NCBI GenBank assembly: GCA_030141605.1 | Contig: JAQGDQ010000901.1 | Location: 18,128-82,127, forward strand | Direction: 5' to 3' | Length of the DNA stretch: 64,000 nt | DNA from: Tubiluchus corallicola | Taxonomy: Eukaryota; Animalia; Priapulida | In this document: positions 25,101 through 36,381 of the stretch, in pieces | Numbering within the stretch: position 1 is the stretch's first letter | Layout of the letters: the number at the start of each line of letters is the position of its first letter | Notes under the pieces: model-generated | The model's database searches: none | Seen by the model: only the letters and a program-made list of their open reading frames with translations | Told to the model about the DNA's origin: nothing | Made by a program: the position numbers and the translations under genes

Positions 25101-28100
25101 CTGAAGCCAGAAAGCTTAGACAGTCTAATAAAAGGGTTGTAAGTAATATTGATGGCAATATTAACCCTCAAGACAAGGTTTTGCAAAATGATTTCAACGA
25201 ATTGAATAATAGTGTTGGTGTTACCTACAATGACTTGAATAGTCTCTATGGTGGTATGAAAAATTGGATGTAACTGTTAAGGAAATGTTGTTGGCCATTT
25301 CAAAATTGAAGCGTGGTAAAAGTGATGGTACAATAGGTCTAGATAGTAATCACATAATAGATGGAACTATTGCCCTATTTGTACACTTAACTTTTATGTT
25401 TAATGCAATGCTGAATAATAGCTATTGTCCACGGATTTTATGCAATACTGTCATTAACCTAAGTGTCAAAAATCCTCATGTCACACACTGCGAAGTCACA
25501 TTATTGAGGCGTTTCACTCGTATCCTGCATCTTTAAACTCCTTGACTGGACATTACTAAACAGGTTTAATGATGACCTTGCCACACCTGAACTCCAATTT
25601 ACATACAAGAAAAACTTCTCTACTGACCTGTGCAATTTTGTGCTAAAAGACACTGCAAATGCCCATCTTGATAAAAACACACCAGTTTACTGTTGTTTAA
25701 TTTGCTTTTCTAAAGCTTTTGATCGTGTAAATATATTAACACTTTTTAAGAAACATGAAAAACTGTGTTCTTTACCTAAGTCTGTTTTTGTCCTTATGCT
25801 AAATGGATATCTAAATCAGCGCATACGTGTTATGTGGAACAAAACAAAATTATTCGTCTTTTCTGCCACCAATGGAGTAAAACAAGGCAGCCTTCTCTCA
25901 GGTGTATTATCTGCAATGTATGTTAATGATCTTATAATCTTTCTAAAAGATGCCGAATTTGGATGCCATTTAATAATCGTGTCTTGTCGCTTCCAAAAAA
26001 TTCTCACATTAGCATGACGCATTGCATTGCTGAAATTAAACCTTTTTTTAACCTAGCAGTGAAATGGCCGCAAACTTTGTATAGAAAGATTAATAAATCT
26101 GCAATCAGCCTACTTCGTACTATATACATTCTAAATCAATATTCGAGTATAACTACCCTTGGTAAAAATCGTATTTTCTCTAGTGCAATGATTTGTGAAA
26201 ATGAACATTATAGTGATCCTGACATTGTTTCTTATGTATTATATTGGACTGCTCGTAATGAATTTCTCATTCCCGGCTTTACAAATGAAGAAATAATATT
26301 AATGTTACTAACCATTTTAACTAACTGAATGTAAATATTACTTATATCTTGTTATTGTTACATATTAAGATCTTATGCTTCCTTTGACCTAATTGTGCAT
26401 GTAAATTATAAGTGCGAATAAACATAACAAATATTAATATTTTCTTCGCAGATAAAGAATTTGTTTTAAAACACAGGTTTATGAGAGAGACTGCAAGAGA
26501 AGAGAAAACGCAAGCGAAGTGAAGAAAAAAGAGGGCATAAAAAAGGACGGAAGCCAAATAAAATTCAGTTTAGGGAAGGGGATCACGAAATCAAGAGAAG
26601 ACACATGGAGACGGAGTGACAGAGAGAGGAGGATAAAAGCAAGGAATGTTTTTAGGTACACAATCTGAATGTCTGTGTTTTTGAGCAAATTTCAAGAACT
26701 TTCAAATGTGAAAGAAACATTAAGAGCTACTATGCTAATGGCACGGTGTGCTCAGTCAATTTAGCACTGATGCACTGTTCATAATTTGTTGAATTACATT
26801 ATATTTACTCAAAAGTTACTTGAACAAGTGTTGAAAAATGAAACCAAACAGAGCAGCTGCGCTGACAGGAAGTAAATAATGACAAGAGAACTAAAAATAG
26901 TGAACTTACTGAGGTAGTTGACTTGCCACTGTTCTTCAAATCCATCTGTTGTTCTAGTCAGCTCAGGGTTCATCATAATGCCAGCATTGTTGATTAATAT
27001 ATCGACCTTATCCTCCTCTGCAAGTAACATTTAAAGAAAAATCATCAGTCAATTTCAGAATTGCACTGCTTACATTACAAGAATAAACATTACTTTCGTA
27101 AGGAAAGAAATGGCAATAAGCAAATTGAATTTTTACGGTGGGGGAAGCACTTTGTGGTGTTTAGTGGCATTTATTACAGGAAGGATGGCGAGTTAAATGT
27201 GCATATTGATTTAATATAAGCTATATTCAATTCATATGTGAGGTGCCTACTTAATGCAGGGGCTGCAATCTAGCTCATTTTGAAAGTACATCCTCTAAAA
27301 TTACTAAACCAGCAGAAATTTTCTGGTCCGGAATGCCAAATGAAACAGCCCCAAAATCACCCATCCATTTAAAGGGAATGCTTGGCATTGCTTAACTTTG
27401 GTTATTACGCGCACACAGTACCACAACACCCCTATTATCTTTACTCAAAGTCTTATACAGATATGGTTCTCACAAAAGTATAATTATATTGCTATATTTC
27501 AACTTGACTTGCCTTTATGAATTTCCTCAGAAAATTTGTGAACCGAATCAAAGCTTGATAAATCCAGATATTTAAACAAAATGTCTTTGTTTTTCGTCTG
27601 TTTCTTAATTTCGTCAGCTGCAGCTTTGCCTTCCATTTTGTCGCGACATGCTAATATTATCCTTCCATCTAAAACAACATTTTGGAAGAAAAGTTAATAA
27701 AATACCAATATTAAATGGTAAAAAACCATATGATAAAAACTGAGTCAATTATATATGCTTTAGTCTGTTAGCTTCATCTTCAAGTCAGAGTTTAGTTTCA
27801 ATAAAAACGAATGCATTTGTTAATCACTGTTGCTTTGAGAGCTAGAGTTGTTTAAAATGTGCTTCTTATTATGAGCAATTTATATTCGGGTAGCTTAGAG
27901 AAACTTTGCCTAATTTGAAACTTAATAATTCAGCATGTCACATCCTGTGCTGTTGCAATTTGGCATTCAGTAAGAGTTCAGTAATGGAATGACTGATATC
28001 ACTATAAAGTTGAAAAGAAGTTATAAAAAATGGCCAAACCATGAGAAACTGCTTTTAATTTTGAACAAAAACAGGCATCTACTGTTGCTATCAGTCGCAG

Positions 28101-31100
28101 TTCTGGCAACCCATTAATGGTTAATCAATGGGATAGGTATCACGACTTAATGAACTTCATTGACCTTTCATTTATGTAGTGTGATAAGAATTAGAAACCA
28201 GATTAAATAAAGAAAAATGTGAGCATTAAAATCTGGATATGATTTCCAAGTCTAGCAGGTCAAGATATGAACATAGTTCTTTCATGGTGCAATGTAGTTT
28301 TGTCACAGCCAAAAAATAAAAGCATTCCTGTTAGATGTGTGCCTGAAGATAATACAAGATAGCTTGGAAAGTCTGACATGTACAGCAACAGATGCGACTA
28401 TAATTTCACTGAAGAATACAAAGATACATTTAAAAAGGCAAAAAATCTAATTTCTTAAAAAAGCCCCAGGGCAGCAATTAAGAAAGTACCATTAATTTTA
28501 TAGTATACAACATGAATGCAATGTTCTCGCTTCAACTGGCCCAATTGTTTTATACGTTTCAGATGTTACTTTCATAAATGAATTATTTTTGACACATATT
28601 GGTCATTTGACTCATTTCTACAAAGAAAATGGAAAAGAAATAGTTAAACTAATACACCGTATCTAGTTATTTGCAATGTAAAGTTGGCAAATGGCAATGC
28701 TAGAGCCATACTTCTATCAGACAGTTCGCGTGCAATTTCTTTTCCTATTCCCTGATTGGCTCCAGTAACAATGACGGTTTTTCCACCAATGGCAGCACGG
28801 CTGTATGTCGGGGAGCCCTTGAAATATACCCTAACAAAATGTAATTGAAAATTAAATTAAAAGTTTCACTGACAATATATTTGTTTGAAGCTCTTCTGAG
28901 CCACAGTCATAATAGTGAAAAAGGTCAAAATGCCCAAAACAGCATCTTGAAGTTTTTTACTGACAAGATTTTTGTGGTGAATTTATGATGAGAGTGCATA
29001 AAAAAACCACACTTTCATGGGTCATTGTCTACAGAATGTGCAAAACGCATGAGAAAAAATCTGCCAAATGACTGGAAAGATATCTTTAAAATTACTCTGC
29101 CTTGTTATTAATAAGGTTGCCTTGTATGTAAATAGGATAGTGACAGAGCGTAAAACACCTGTAAAAATTAACCATAACCATTTTAAAGTTATCTGAATAA
29201 TTACTTTTGTCATTACGGTTACAGACATGAGTTGTGCAGTATAACATACACAAATCAAGTTGCGTCCTCAACCAGTTGTCTTATAAAATATATTTTTTGT
29301 TCCTTGCTGTAAGCATATCTGGTCAGACCAGTATAAAATACCTTTTTATATTTTGAACTGGTTTTCACATTTATTAGGCAGTGTGCAGGTGTAACATGAA
29401 ACAGAGAAAGAATGAAAACATATCACTTAATAGGAATGCAATTGTAATTCAGGTGAATTAGATGTGACACTTTAATGTTCAGAAAAAATTGTGCTACGGA
29501 ACTACGGAAAAATTTTGGGCAGTAACAGAAATGACCATAAGGTAACAGCAATGACTAGTGGAACAGGGTATGTTCCAGTATATGGAACAGGAATGACACA
29601 CTATCTAAGCAACAACATTTGTTTTACGAAAGAATATTTTTAATTACTAATTAATTACCAGCTTTCTTTAAGGTAAAAATATTGGCAAACACTCACTGTT
29701 TGACTCTACCATGTGAACTTTAAATTTCAAGTTTTAACATATTTAAAAAAATAGCAGATTTAACCAGAACACAAACAGCTTAATAGGTCCACTGTCTAAA
29801 AACATCACAGGAACTGCATACACCTTAACTGTTTGACTTGAACAGAACAGACAAAACTTTTAAATTCTTTATAACAGTCTTTGTCAGGAAATATATAAAA
29901 ATGATTTAAAATTCGTAACAAAGCAAAAACATTAAGACAAAATGAGTATGTACAAAAAAAAACAATTAAAAAGGCAAAGAAAACAAAAAATATAATCTAT
30001 CATTAAAGATTAACCAGTGGCGTCGTGCCATAGGGGCCCGGGCCCCCCTCAATTTTTTAGAAAATGTCAAGGAGAGAAACATGAGAACTCGACGGCAAAC
30101 AAATTTATTTCTGACTTTTTGACACACAATAGCGGGCCAGCGCTCCATAAATGCGAACAGTATGAGCGTTTCGGTACAGTAGCCCAATAATATTTTTTAT
30201 CATTAAAGTTTGTCGCCGAGTTAAATTATTCTGACTGTTAATACGTGCCTGACCAGATGTGTTTACCTGAGTCAGGATGACTGAGGATGTAGTTAATTTG
30301 TTTGCATGTAATCTATTCAGGAGGCAGGCAGGAACAGTTAACAAAGCAGCTCGTTGAGTAGCATTAGCGTCTTTGCACAAAAGACTGTTAGTTAACAAAA
30401 CGGCTCAGTTAGCACTCGAGCTTCGTTCAGCAGTGTGTTATAATGGAGAACAAGTGAAATAATAGAGCAAAAACAATGCAAACATTGAAGTCATGTTGAG
30501 CTAGCCTAGTACCAGAGAGTCAGTTTGTCCAGCTAGCCTAGTACCAGAGTCGGTTTGGGAGATACAAATTGATGAGCCACGGCTGAGCCACCTCTTGATT
30601 GGACATTACCGACTCTTTGCTACTCCTTAGCGACTCTTTGCCACGAGTTTGCTGCATAAAAGGGCGTGATTTTGAGCACATTTCATCATTTTTCTCCTGC
30701 TAGGAGAATCTTTGCTAGTTTTCGCTGCGAATTTTAACGTGATTCTATATTTCTTAAACGATGTCAAGGCAGTCCAAACTGACTTCATTTTTCAAGTCCA
30801 ACCGTACCATTATATACAGTCGGGCCCCCCTAATTTTTTTTGGTGCACGACGCCCCTGGATTAACTAGAAGGAAGCAACATATTTACTATTATTTAGACA
30901 GCAAAATGTTCTGTGGAGCAAAACTTTCATTTTGATTTAAATCTAAGTTAGAATTTTTTATAATTGAGGCAGATTCAAAAACATGTCTCTTTATTGATGT
31001 CGCTAGCTGGAAATGTTGTATTTCTTAATAAAAGCTTACTAAATTTCATTTATATAATGTGTTGTTTATAAAACAGAACAGAACAGATTTGGCTGGAACA

Positions 31101-31268
31101 GGAACAACCTAATAGTTAAACTGATGTTTTGAGAGAAATCACAAGCACATTAGCCTTCTTAAAGTTTAAATTGTACCTCATTATTGCAGTTACTAATAGA
31201 ATACTAAAAGAAAATATTATAAACACCTTTTGGCTTCTATAGGTAGACCTATTGGCTAATTTACCCAT
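22182..31268 (-). CDS. Retinol dehydrogenase 11/12/13-like SDR, paralogue B (~332 aa, 7 coding exons)
   Basis: Exons (minus) 31268-31177, 28830-28712, 27668-27513 (GC donor), 27017-26910, 24845-24636, 24384-24177, 22287-22182; total 999 nt, phases consistent. Motifs TGANQGIG, LACR, NNAG, YTQSK, CHPG, SGKYFSDC, AKKLW. An acceptor at ~31282 implies an upstream UTR exon. Confidence 0.88.
22757..23937 (-). mobile_element. Internally deleted Tc1/mariner-superfamily transposon in SDR-B intron 6, with a ~204-bp internal tandem duplication
   Basis: TA-flanked TIRs (A/C)AGGGTGT.CAC..AAAGTC.TTA.ACAATT. ORF 23416-23751 encodes a DUF4817/HTH-like N-terminus (IRNWHRQFLETG...RSGRP...SIR). A frameshifted FSDDATFH-like first-D motif lies at ~23075-23100. 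Block 23155-23358 is repeated at 23359-23560. Confidence 0.85.
24960..26330 (+). mobile_element. Degenerate non-LTR retrotransposon RT fragment, antisense in SDR-B intron 4
   Basis: Frameshifted ORFs with GKSDG.IGL, QFTYKK.FST, CFSKAFDRV, GVKQGSLLS, MYVNDL. The YADD region is missing. Confidence 0.8.
30015..30858. mobile_element. hAT-like MITE in SDR-B intron 1
   Basis: TIRs CAGTGGCGTCGTGC...GCACGACGCCCCTG, subterminal GGGCCCCCC motifs, flanking direct repeat GATTAAC (7 bp visible; hAT TSDs are normally 8). Confidence 0.8.
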
Positions 31269-32980
31269 GCCATTGCTTAAGCTGTGAAAAGCAGAAACTT
31301 TATGTTGTGCCAGTTTCCTTTTTATAAGCTAGACAGTCTCTCTATTACTGCTATTACTACACAGTACTACTCTGAAATTTCAAAATATCTTCTTTTGCGT
31401 CATTGCTGTTACTTTGTTGTCACTGCTATGAAAGACGATTATAACAGGAGTGAGAATGACTATTAAGCAAAAAACCTGCTCACTTAGACTAATCATGCTA
31501 CTTCATCCTTTCCAGATAATTTGATTCAACACAGTAAATTACTAAAATTAACCATATATGATTATAATCATTTTATGTTTTGTTTTTTAATAACTAGATA
31601 TGTAACAGAAATGATCATGAATTAACATAACCAGTAACACTGAATCAAAACTTTTGTCAGGAAACTTAAAAAAAAGCATTGGAGAGGCCACCATTAAAAA
31701 GTTTGTCAGATCACAATAGGTGGTGCTTTCTGCTGGCAAAGATTTACAACAATAGAGTTAGTCAGTGGTACTTGCCTCAGCTTTTCAATCAAAGTAACAG
31801 GAATGACGTTGAACATGGAGACACACACGGAACCAAGCAAAACAGATATTTGCTGGTTCTGAAAGTATTTAGGAAGAGGATTTTCGCATTTAGTGTGCTG
31901 TTTAGAATAAAACACTGCAAATTTGTTTTTAAATGGATGGTTTCTACCAAATCTAACGTAATGAAAAAGTTGAAACTGGGTACTTGGGGGCATTGGACAA
32001 ACTTCTCCAGGAACCAATTTTGGTTTCACCAGAGATGTCCAAAATACTTGTCTGTGAACATATACAACTGGAATAAGTCTCTCTCTTTGGTGTCTACCAG
32101 TCATGAGACAGTATTGTACCTTTGCAAGTGAAGAAAAAGGACTAAGGGACGAAAATTGTACATTCTGTGCAGAATGACCCTTATCCAAGTGGCGTGTGGC
32201 TCACCTGGATTTAACTCGTACGGGAAGATATACATAGAATTTTAAACGGCGATTTAGTGGGCCATCATTGAGGAAAACCCTTGACAGTGAGCAAGGCTCC
32301 AATATACCACAGACATGTCATTGAGTAAACCTTGCTTTTAGGTGCTGGATTCCAGCTCGCAGTGGGCTGGTCTACAAAAAAGCAAAAGTGAACATCTAAA
32401 CAAAAAAAGAAAAAAATGAATGGAAAAGTCAAAGAAAAGACATTATATAATCAGAACAATCAATGTGAATCTTAATCACATGCAAAACTTTGTTCGCTTT
32501 TTGCTTTAATCATATTGCACATACTGCCTCTAATCTGATAATTTTTGGAGTTAATGAATGAATCGAACTGAATTTTTTAAAAAACAATCCCAAGACAGAG
32601 GCTTAGTAACGAACTGCAATAAAATTTTTAGTAAATTACTGAAAGACACAGGCGTAACAAAACAATTTACTTTACGAAAACTATGATTCCACAAAAAATG
32701 GCCACTTTCCACAGAAGAGTAGGCACTTCACCAAAACCCGGAGGTGCATCCATGCTATGTAATATCCTGCAACACCAGAAAATGTGTTTTTTGAACTTGA
32801 CAATACACAGGGACAATTGCTGAATTTCTAAACTTAAGAAAGACAATCAACGTAACGACCACGATCGCAACACAACTGTTACAGCTCGGCGTGAGCACGC
32901 GACTTGTTGGTGTAGGGCGCCGAGTAAGCCCGAGTACACTTCCCGCAAAACGCATGTGTTAAATTTGCGGAAAAGCAGTG

Positions 32981-33011
32981 TCGTATATGGGCAGCCCAAG
33001 TAGGACACTAG
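32981..33011 (-). promoter_or_regulatory. 31-bp motif upstream of SDR-B, an inverted match to 36112-36142
   Basis: Minus strand CTAGTGTCCTACTTGGGCTGCCCATATACGA versus plus CTAGTGTCCTACTTAGGCAGCCCATGTACGA. A regulatory role is inference only. Confidence 0.35.
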
Positions 33012-33183
33012 CGATTTCTGTCGAGAATCGAGATTTATGAGATACTAAAACATAAAAGTAAATTTGTTTTAGAAAAAACGTAACTTTATAGTAATGATGG
33101 ACAGTCCTTGACAATTTACAAATGTATTTTTTACAGCAATATCATCATTATTATTAGCTCCATTAATATCATCTATACTCTTA

Positions 33184-34060
33184 CTAGCAAAGGCCCCGCA
33201 AAAGATTTTGCGTAAAAAACCACGTGTAATCAATAATACGCGAATATCCTACCTAGTCCTCATGTATAACGCAAAGCCCGTAAAATCATGCCTACTGTTT
33301 GTTTAACTAACGCAAAGCCTGTAGCTTTTACTGAATTAAAGCTATAAGATTATAGACAGAGTACAATGGATGACGTCACAACAATGGCTTTGCGTCAGCA
33401 GTTTTCTAAGCGAAAATTGCCGAAAATAGAACTGGTAATTAACTCGCCAGTACTCCTCTCGGTGGACGTGTCCCAACATATAACCCACATCATCGTGTAG
33501 CCCTGTTTTTTCTCTTTCTGATGAGCCGTATATCTCCTTCCGAGAGTCCCACCAGGCGCCACTAGAACGTTTTTTCCGCATGCTGTTTGATCAGAATTTC
33601 GAAAAAATTGCGAGTTGGGTCCGGGAAAACGCCCGTTGCGGGGCGCCGTGGTCCTCTCGCGAATTCTAAATAGGCCTATGACACCCAACGCTGAACGGGC
33701 TATCTACTCACACCCAGCACCACCTTTGGGCCATTCCCGTTCTCTACATCTCAGCCGTATAACTTTTGCAAAAAACGGCCGAAAAATGGCCATTTTTGGA
33801 GGTTTTTCGCCGCCCGTTCCTCCCGGTGGGCCCGATTCGAAAAATAAACCACCAATGAGACGACACTAGATCGAGACCTTTCGTTTGATGTATAGATCGC
33901 CGCAAATGGTGCCGTCGTCCGGGCTGTAGCCTCGAATCTTATATATATATATATTAAGATACCAAGAATATTAATATAAGAGTATCTATATATTAATTCT
34001 TGGTATATAAATAAATATATATACCAAGAATATTAATATCTATATTATTAAGAGTATAGA
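33184..34060 (-). mobile_element. Nested Helitron-like copy, inverted
   Basis: On the minus strand it starts TCTATACTCTTA and ends CGCAAAATCTTTTGCG-GGGCCTTTG-CTAG, inserted between A and T. Removing it rejoins TCTATACTCTTA|TATTAATATTCTTGGTATAT, identical to the intact 5' end at 34092. Confidence 0.85.
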
Positions 34061-34091
34061 TATTAATATTCTTGGTATATATATTTATTTA

Positions 34092-34902
34092 TCTATACTC
34101 TTATATTAATATTCTTGGTATATATATATATATTTATTTATATATAAGATTCGAGGCTACAGCTTCGACGAGGGCACCATTTGCGGCGATCTATATATCA
34201 AACGAAAGGTCTCGATCTAGTGTCGTCTCATTGGGGGTTTATTTTTGGAATGGGGCCCACCGCGAGGAACGGGGGGCGAAAAACCTCCAAAAATGGCCAT
34301 TTTTTGGCCGTTTTTTGCAAAAGTTATACGGCTGAGATGTAGAGACCGGGAATGGGCCGAGGGTGGTGCTGGGTATGGATAGATAGCCCGTTCAGCAATG
34401 GGTGTCATAGGCATATTTAGAATTCGCGAGAGGGCCACGGCGCCCCGCAACGGGCGTTTTCCCGGACCCAACTCGCGATTTTTTCGAAATTTTGACCAAA
34501 CAGCATGCGGGAAAAACGTTCTAGCGTCGCCCGGTGGGACTCTCGGAAGGAGATATGGGGCTCTTTACAAAGAGGAAGAACGGGGCTACACGATGATGTA
34601 GGTTATATTTTAGGGCAGGTCCACCGAGAGGAGTATCAACGAGTTAATTAGGAGTTCTATTTTCGGCAATTTTCACTTAGAAAACTGTTGACGCAAAGGC
34701 ATTGTTCTGACGTCATCCATTGTACTCTGCTGTAATCTTATAACTTTAATTCAGCAAAAAGCTACAGGCTTTGCGTTAGTTAAACAAACAGTAGGCACGA
34801 TGTTACGGGCTTTGTGTTATAAATGTGGACTAGGTAGGATGTTCGCGTATTATTGATTACACGTGGTTTTTTACGCAAAATCTTTTGCGGGGCCTTTGCT
34901 AT
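34092..34902 (+). mobile_element. Nested Helitron-like copy, direct (same family as 33184-34060)
   Basis: A|TCTATACTCTTATATTAATATTCTTGG 5' end; body colinear with the inverted copy; 3' hairpin CGCAAAATCTTTTGCG followed by CTAT rather than CTAG. Confidence 0.8.
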
Positions 34903-34994
34903 TTATTATATTATAGCACATAGTTTCAACTTTGTGAAAAATGTTTGGAATGGTTTTGTTGTAATGCTGTGCTGTTGGTGCTTGTGCTATAGGT

Positions 34995-35695
34995 GTCGTC
35001 ATCATTGCCACCACCATCATCATCATCATCAACATCATGATCACCACGTGAGGTGGTGGATTTGATGTGGTGTGCTTTGTGTGTTGTGCTATGGATGGTG
35101 TGGTGGGGGTGATAGGGTGTGTGGGGTGTGGTGTGGGTAGTGTGGTATGGAGTGGGTGGCGTGGTGTGTGGGTGGGTGTTGTGGTGCAGTGTGGTGTTAT
35201 GGTGTGGTGCAGTGCGGTGTGATGTGGTGGAGTATTATGGTGTGGGTGGTGTGGTGGTATTGTGTGGTGCAGTGTGGTGCGATGAGGTGGAGTGGTATGG
35301 TGTGGTGTGATGTGGTGGAGTCGTATGGTGTGGGTGGGTGGTGTGGTGTGTGGGTGGTGCGGTGTGCTGCAGTGGTATGGTGTGGTGCGGTGTGATGTGG
35401 TGGAGTGGTATGGTGTAGGTGGTGTGGTGTGTAGGTGGGTGGGTGGTGTGGTGCAGTGTGGTGTTATGGTGTGGTGCTGTGCGGTGTGATGTGGTGGAGT
35501 ATTATGGTGTGGGTGGTGTGGTATGGTGTGTGGGTGGTGCAGTGTGGTGTGATGTGGTGGAGTGGTATGGTGTGGGTGGTGTGGTGTGTAGGTGGTATGG
35601 TGTGGTGGTATTGTGTGGTGCGATGAGGTGGAGTGGTATGGTGTGGTGCAGTGTGGTGTGATGAGGTGGAGTGGTGTGGTGTGGGTGGTGTGTTG
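34995..35695. repeat. (CAT/CAC)n tract followed by a degenerate (GTG/GTGTG)n G-rich satellite
   Basis: Low-complexity sequence seen directly; units such as GGTGTGATGTGGTGGAGTGGTATGGTGT recur. Confidence 0.95.
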
Positions 35696-36111
35696 ATTTG
35701 TGCACAAAATTCTTTTTGCGGGGTTTGGCTAGTCATAACATTAAACTAAGTATCTAATGCTTTAAAGAGAGAACTATGTAGGGTTAATAAATCGCTTATT
35801 TGTCCGAAAACGAAAACAATTATTTGTTCAAGAGGGAATGAATAGGATCACCTGGCTGTGAAGCAAAACAAAATAAAAAATGATATACCTTAAACAAATG
35901 ATGGAATCGCCTAAAAAGTGCGCTTATTTCACTTCAAAGAAGTTTAATATTGGCAAATATTAATTCTTCTAGCACAGAATAAAATTCTTTTATTTTCTCT
36001 GATGTATAATAAATGATTCAACGTATAATGACTTTTTCAAGTATTATTATTCCATAAACAAGGACGACGGACGGTGACAGTAGGCTTAACGACTCAATTT
36101 GCGATCTGTTT

Positions 36112-36193
36112 CTAGTGTCCTACTTAGGCAGCCCATGTACGAAGCTTCCTACTTGGGCTAGCCCACGTACGCCAATTGTCCTACTTCGGCTAG
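36112..36193 (+). promoter_or_regulatory. Three copies of the TCCTACTTNGGC motif upstream of Shark
   Basis: Copies at 36112-36142, ~36147-36171 and ~36178-36193, in a CpG-containing stretch about 190-270 bp before the Shark ATG. Function is inferred. Confidence 0.35.
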
Positions 36194-36381
36194 TAGATTA
36201 CTCGGCGCCCAACAGTTGGGTCGGTCTATGGACTGTACTTAATATCGCAAAATACCGCGAGTTTTATAATGGCGTCCACCAGGAAGTAGTATTAAGTGTC
36301 CGGCGTATGAAAGCGTAGTTTTGTTGCAGTTGTATTGATTTAACTTCATAATTAAACCACGCCTTCGTGATAGAGAGAAAA

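Larger units (their letters stand above)
33172..35732 (+). mobile_element. Outer non-autonomous Helitron-like element (contains two nested Helitron copies and a GTG-rich satellite)
   Basis: 5' A|TCTATACTCTTA at 33172. 3' hairpin GCACAAAATTCTTTTTGCG followed by CTAG|T at 35729-35733. No TSD. Confidence 0.65.

Noticed and set aside
32755-32955. 66-aa ORF with a hydrophobic stretch as first coding exon of SDR-B
   Set aside because: Exon 31268-31177 supplies the ATG, membrane anchor and correct phase. This region is more likely 5' UTR or promoter.
33342-34601. Pairs of similar ORFs on opposite strands (MGPGKRPLRGAV..., MGVIG.FRIRER...)
   Set aside because: Mirror products of the two inverted Helitron-like copies; no recognisable domain.
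33184-34902. Single foldback/TIR transposon or assembly artefact as the source of the palindrome
   Set aside because: No TSD, both arms have Helitron-type termini, the empty site can be reconstructed exactly, and the arms are diverged.
34853-35736. His/Thr/Pro-rich 278-aa ORF and several Val/Trp/Cys/Gly-rich ORFs
   Set aside because: These are translations of the GTG/CAC satellite, open in many frames; no evidence of a gene.
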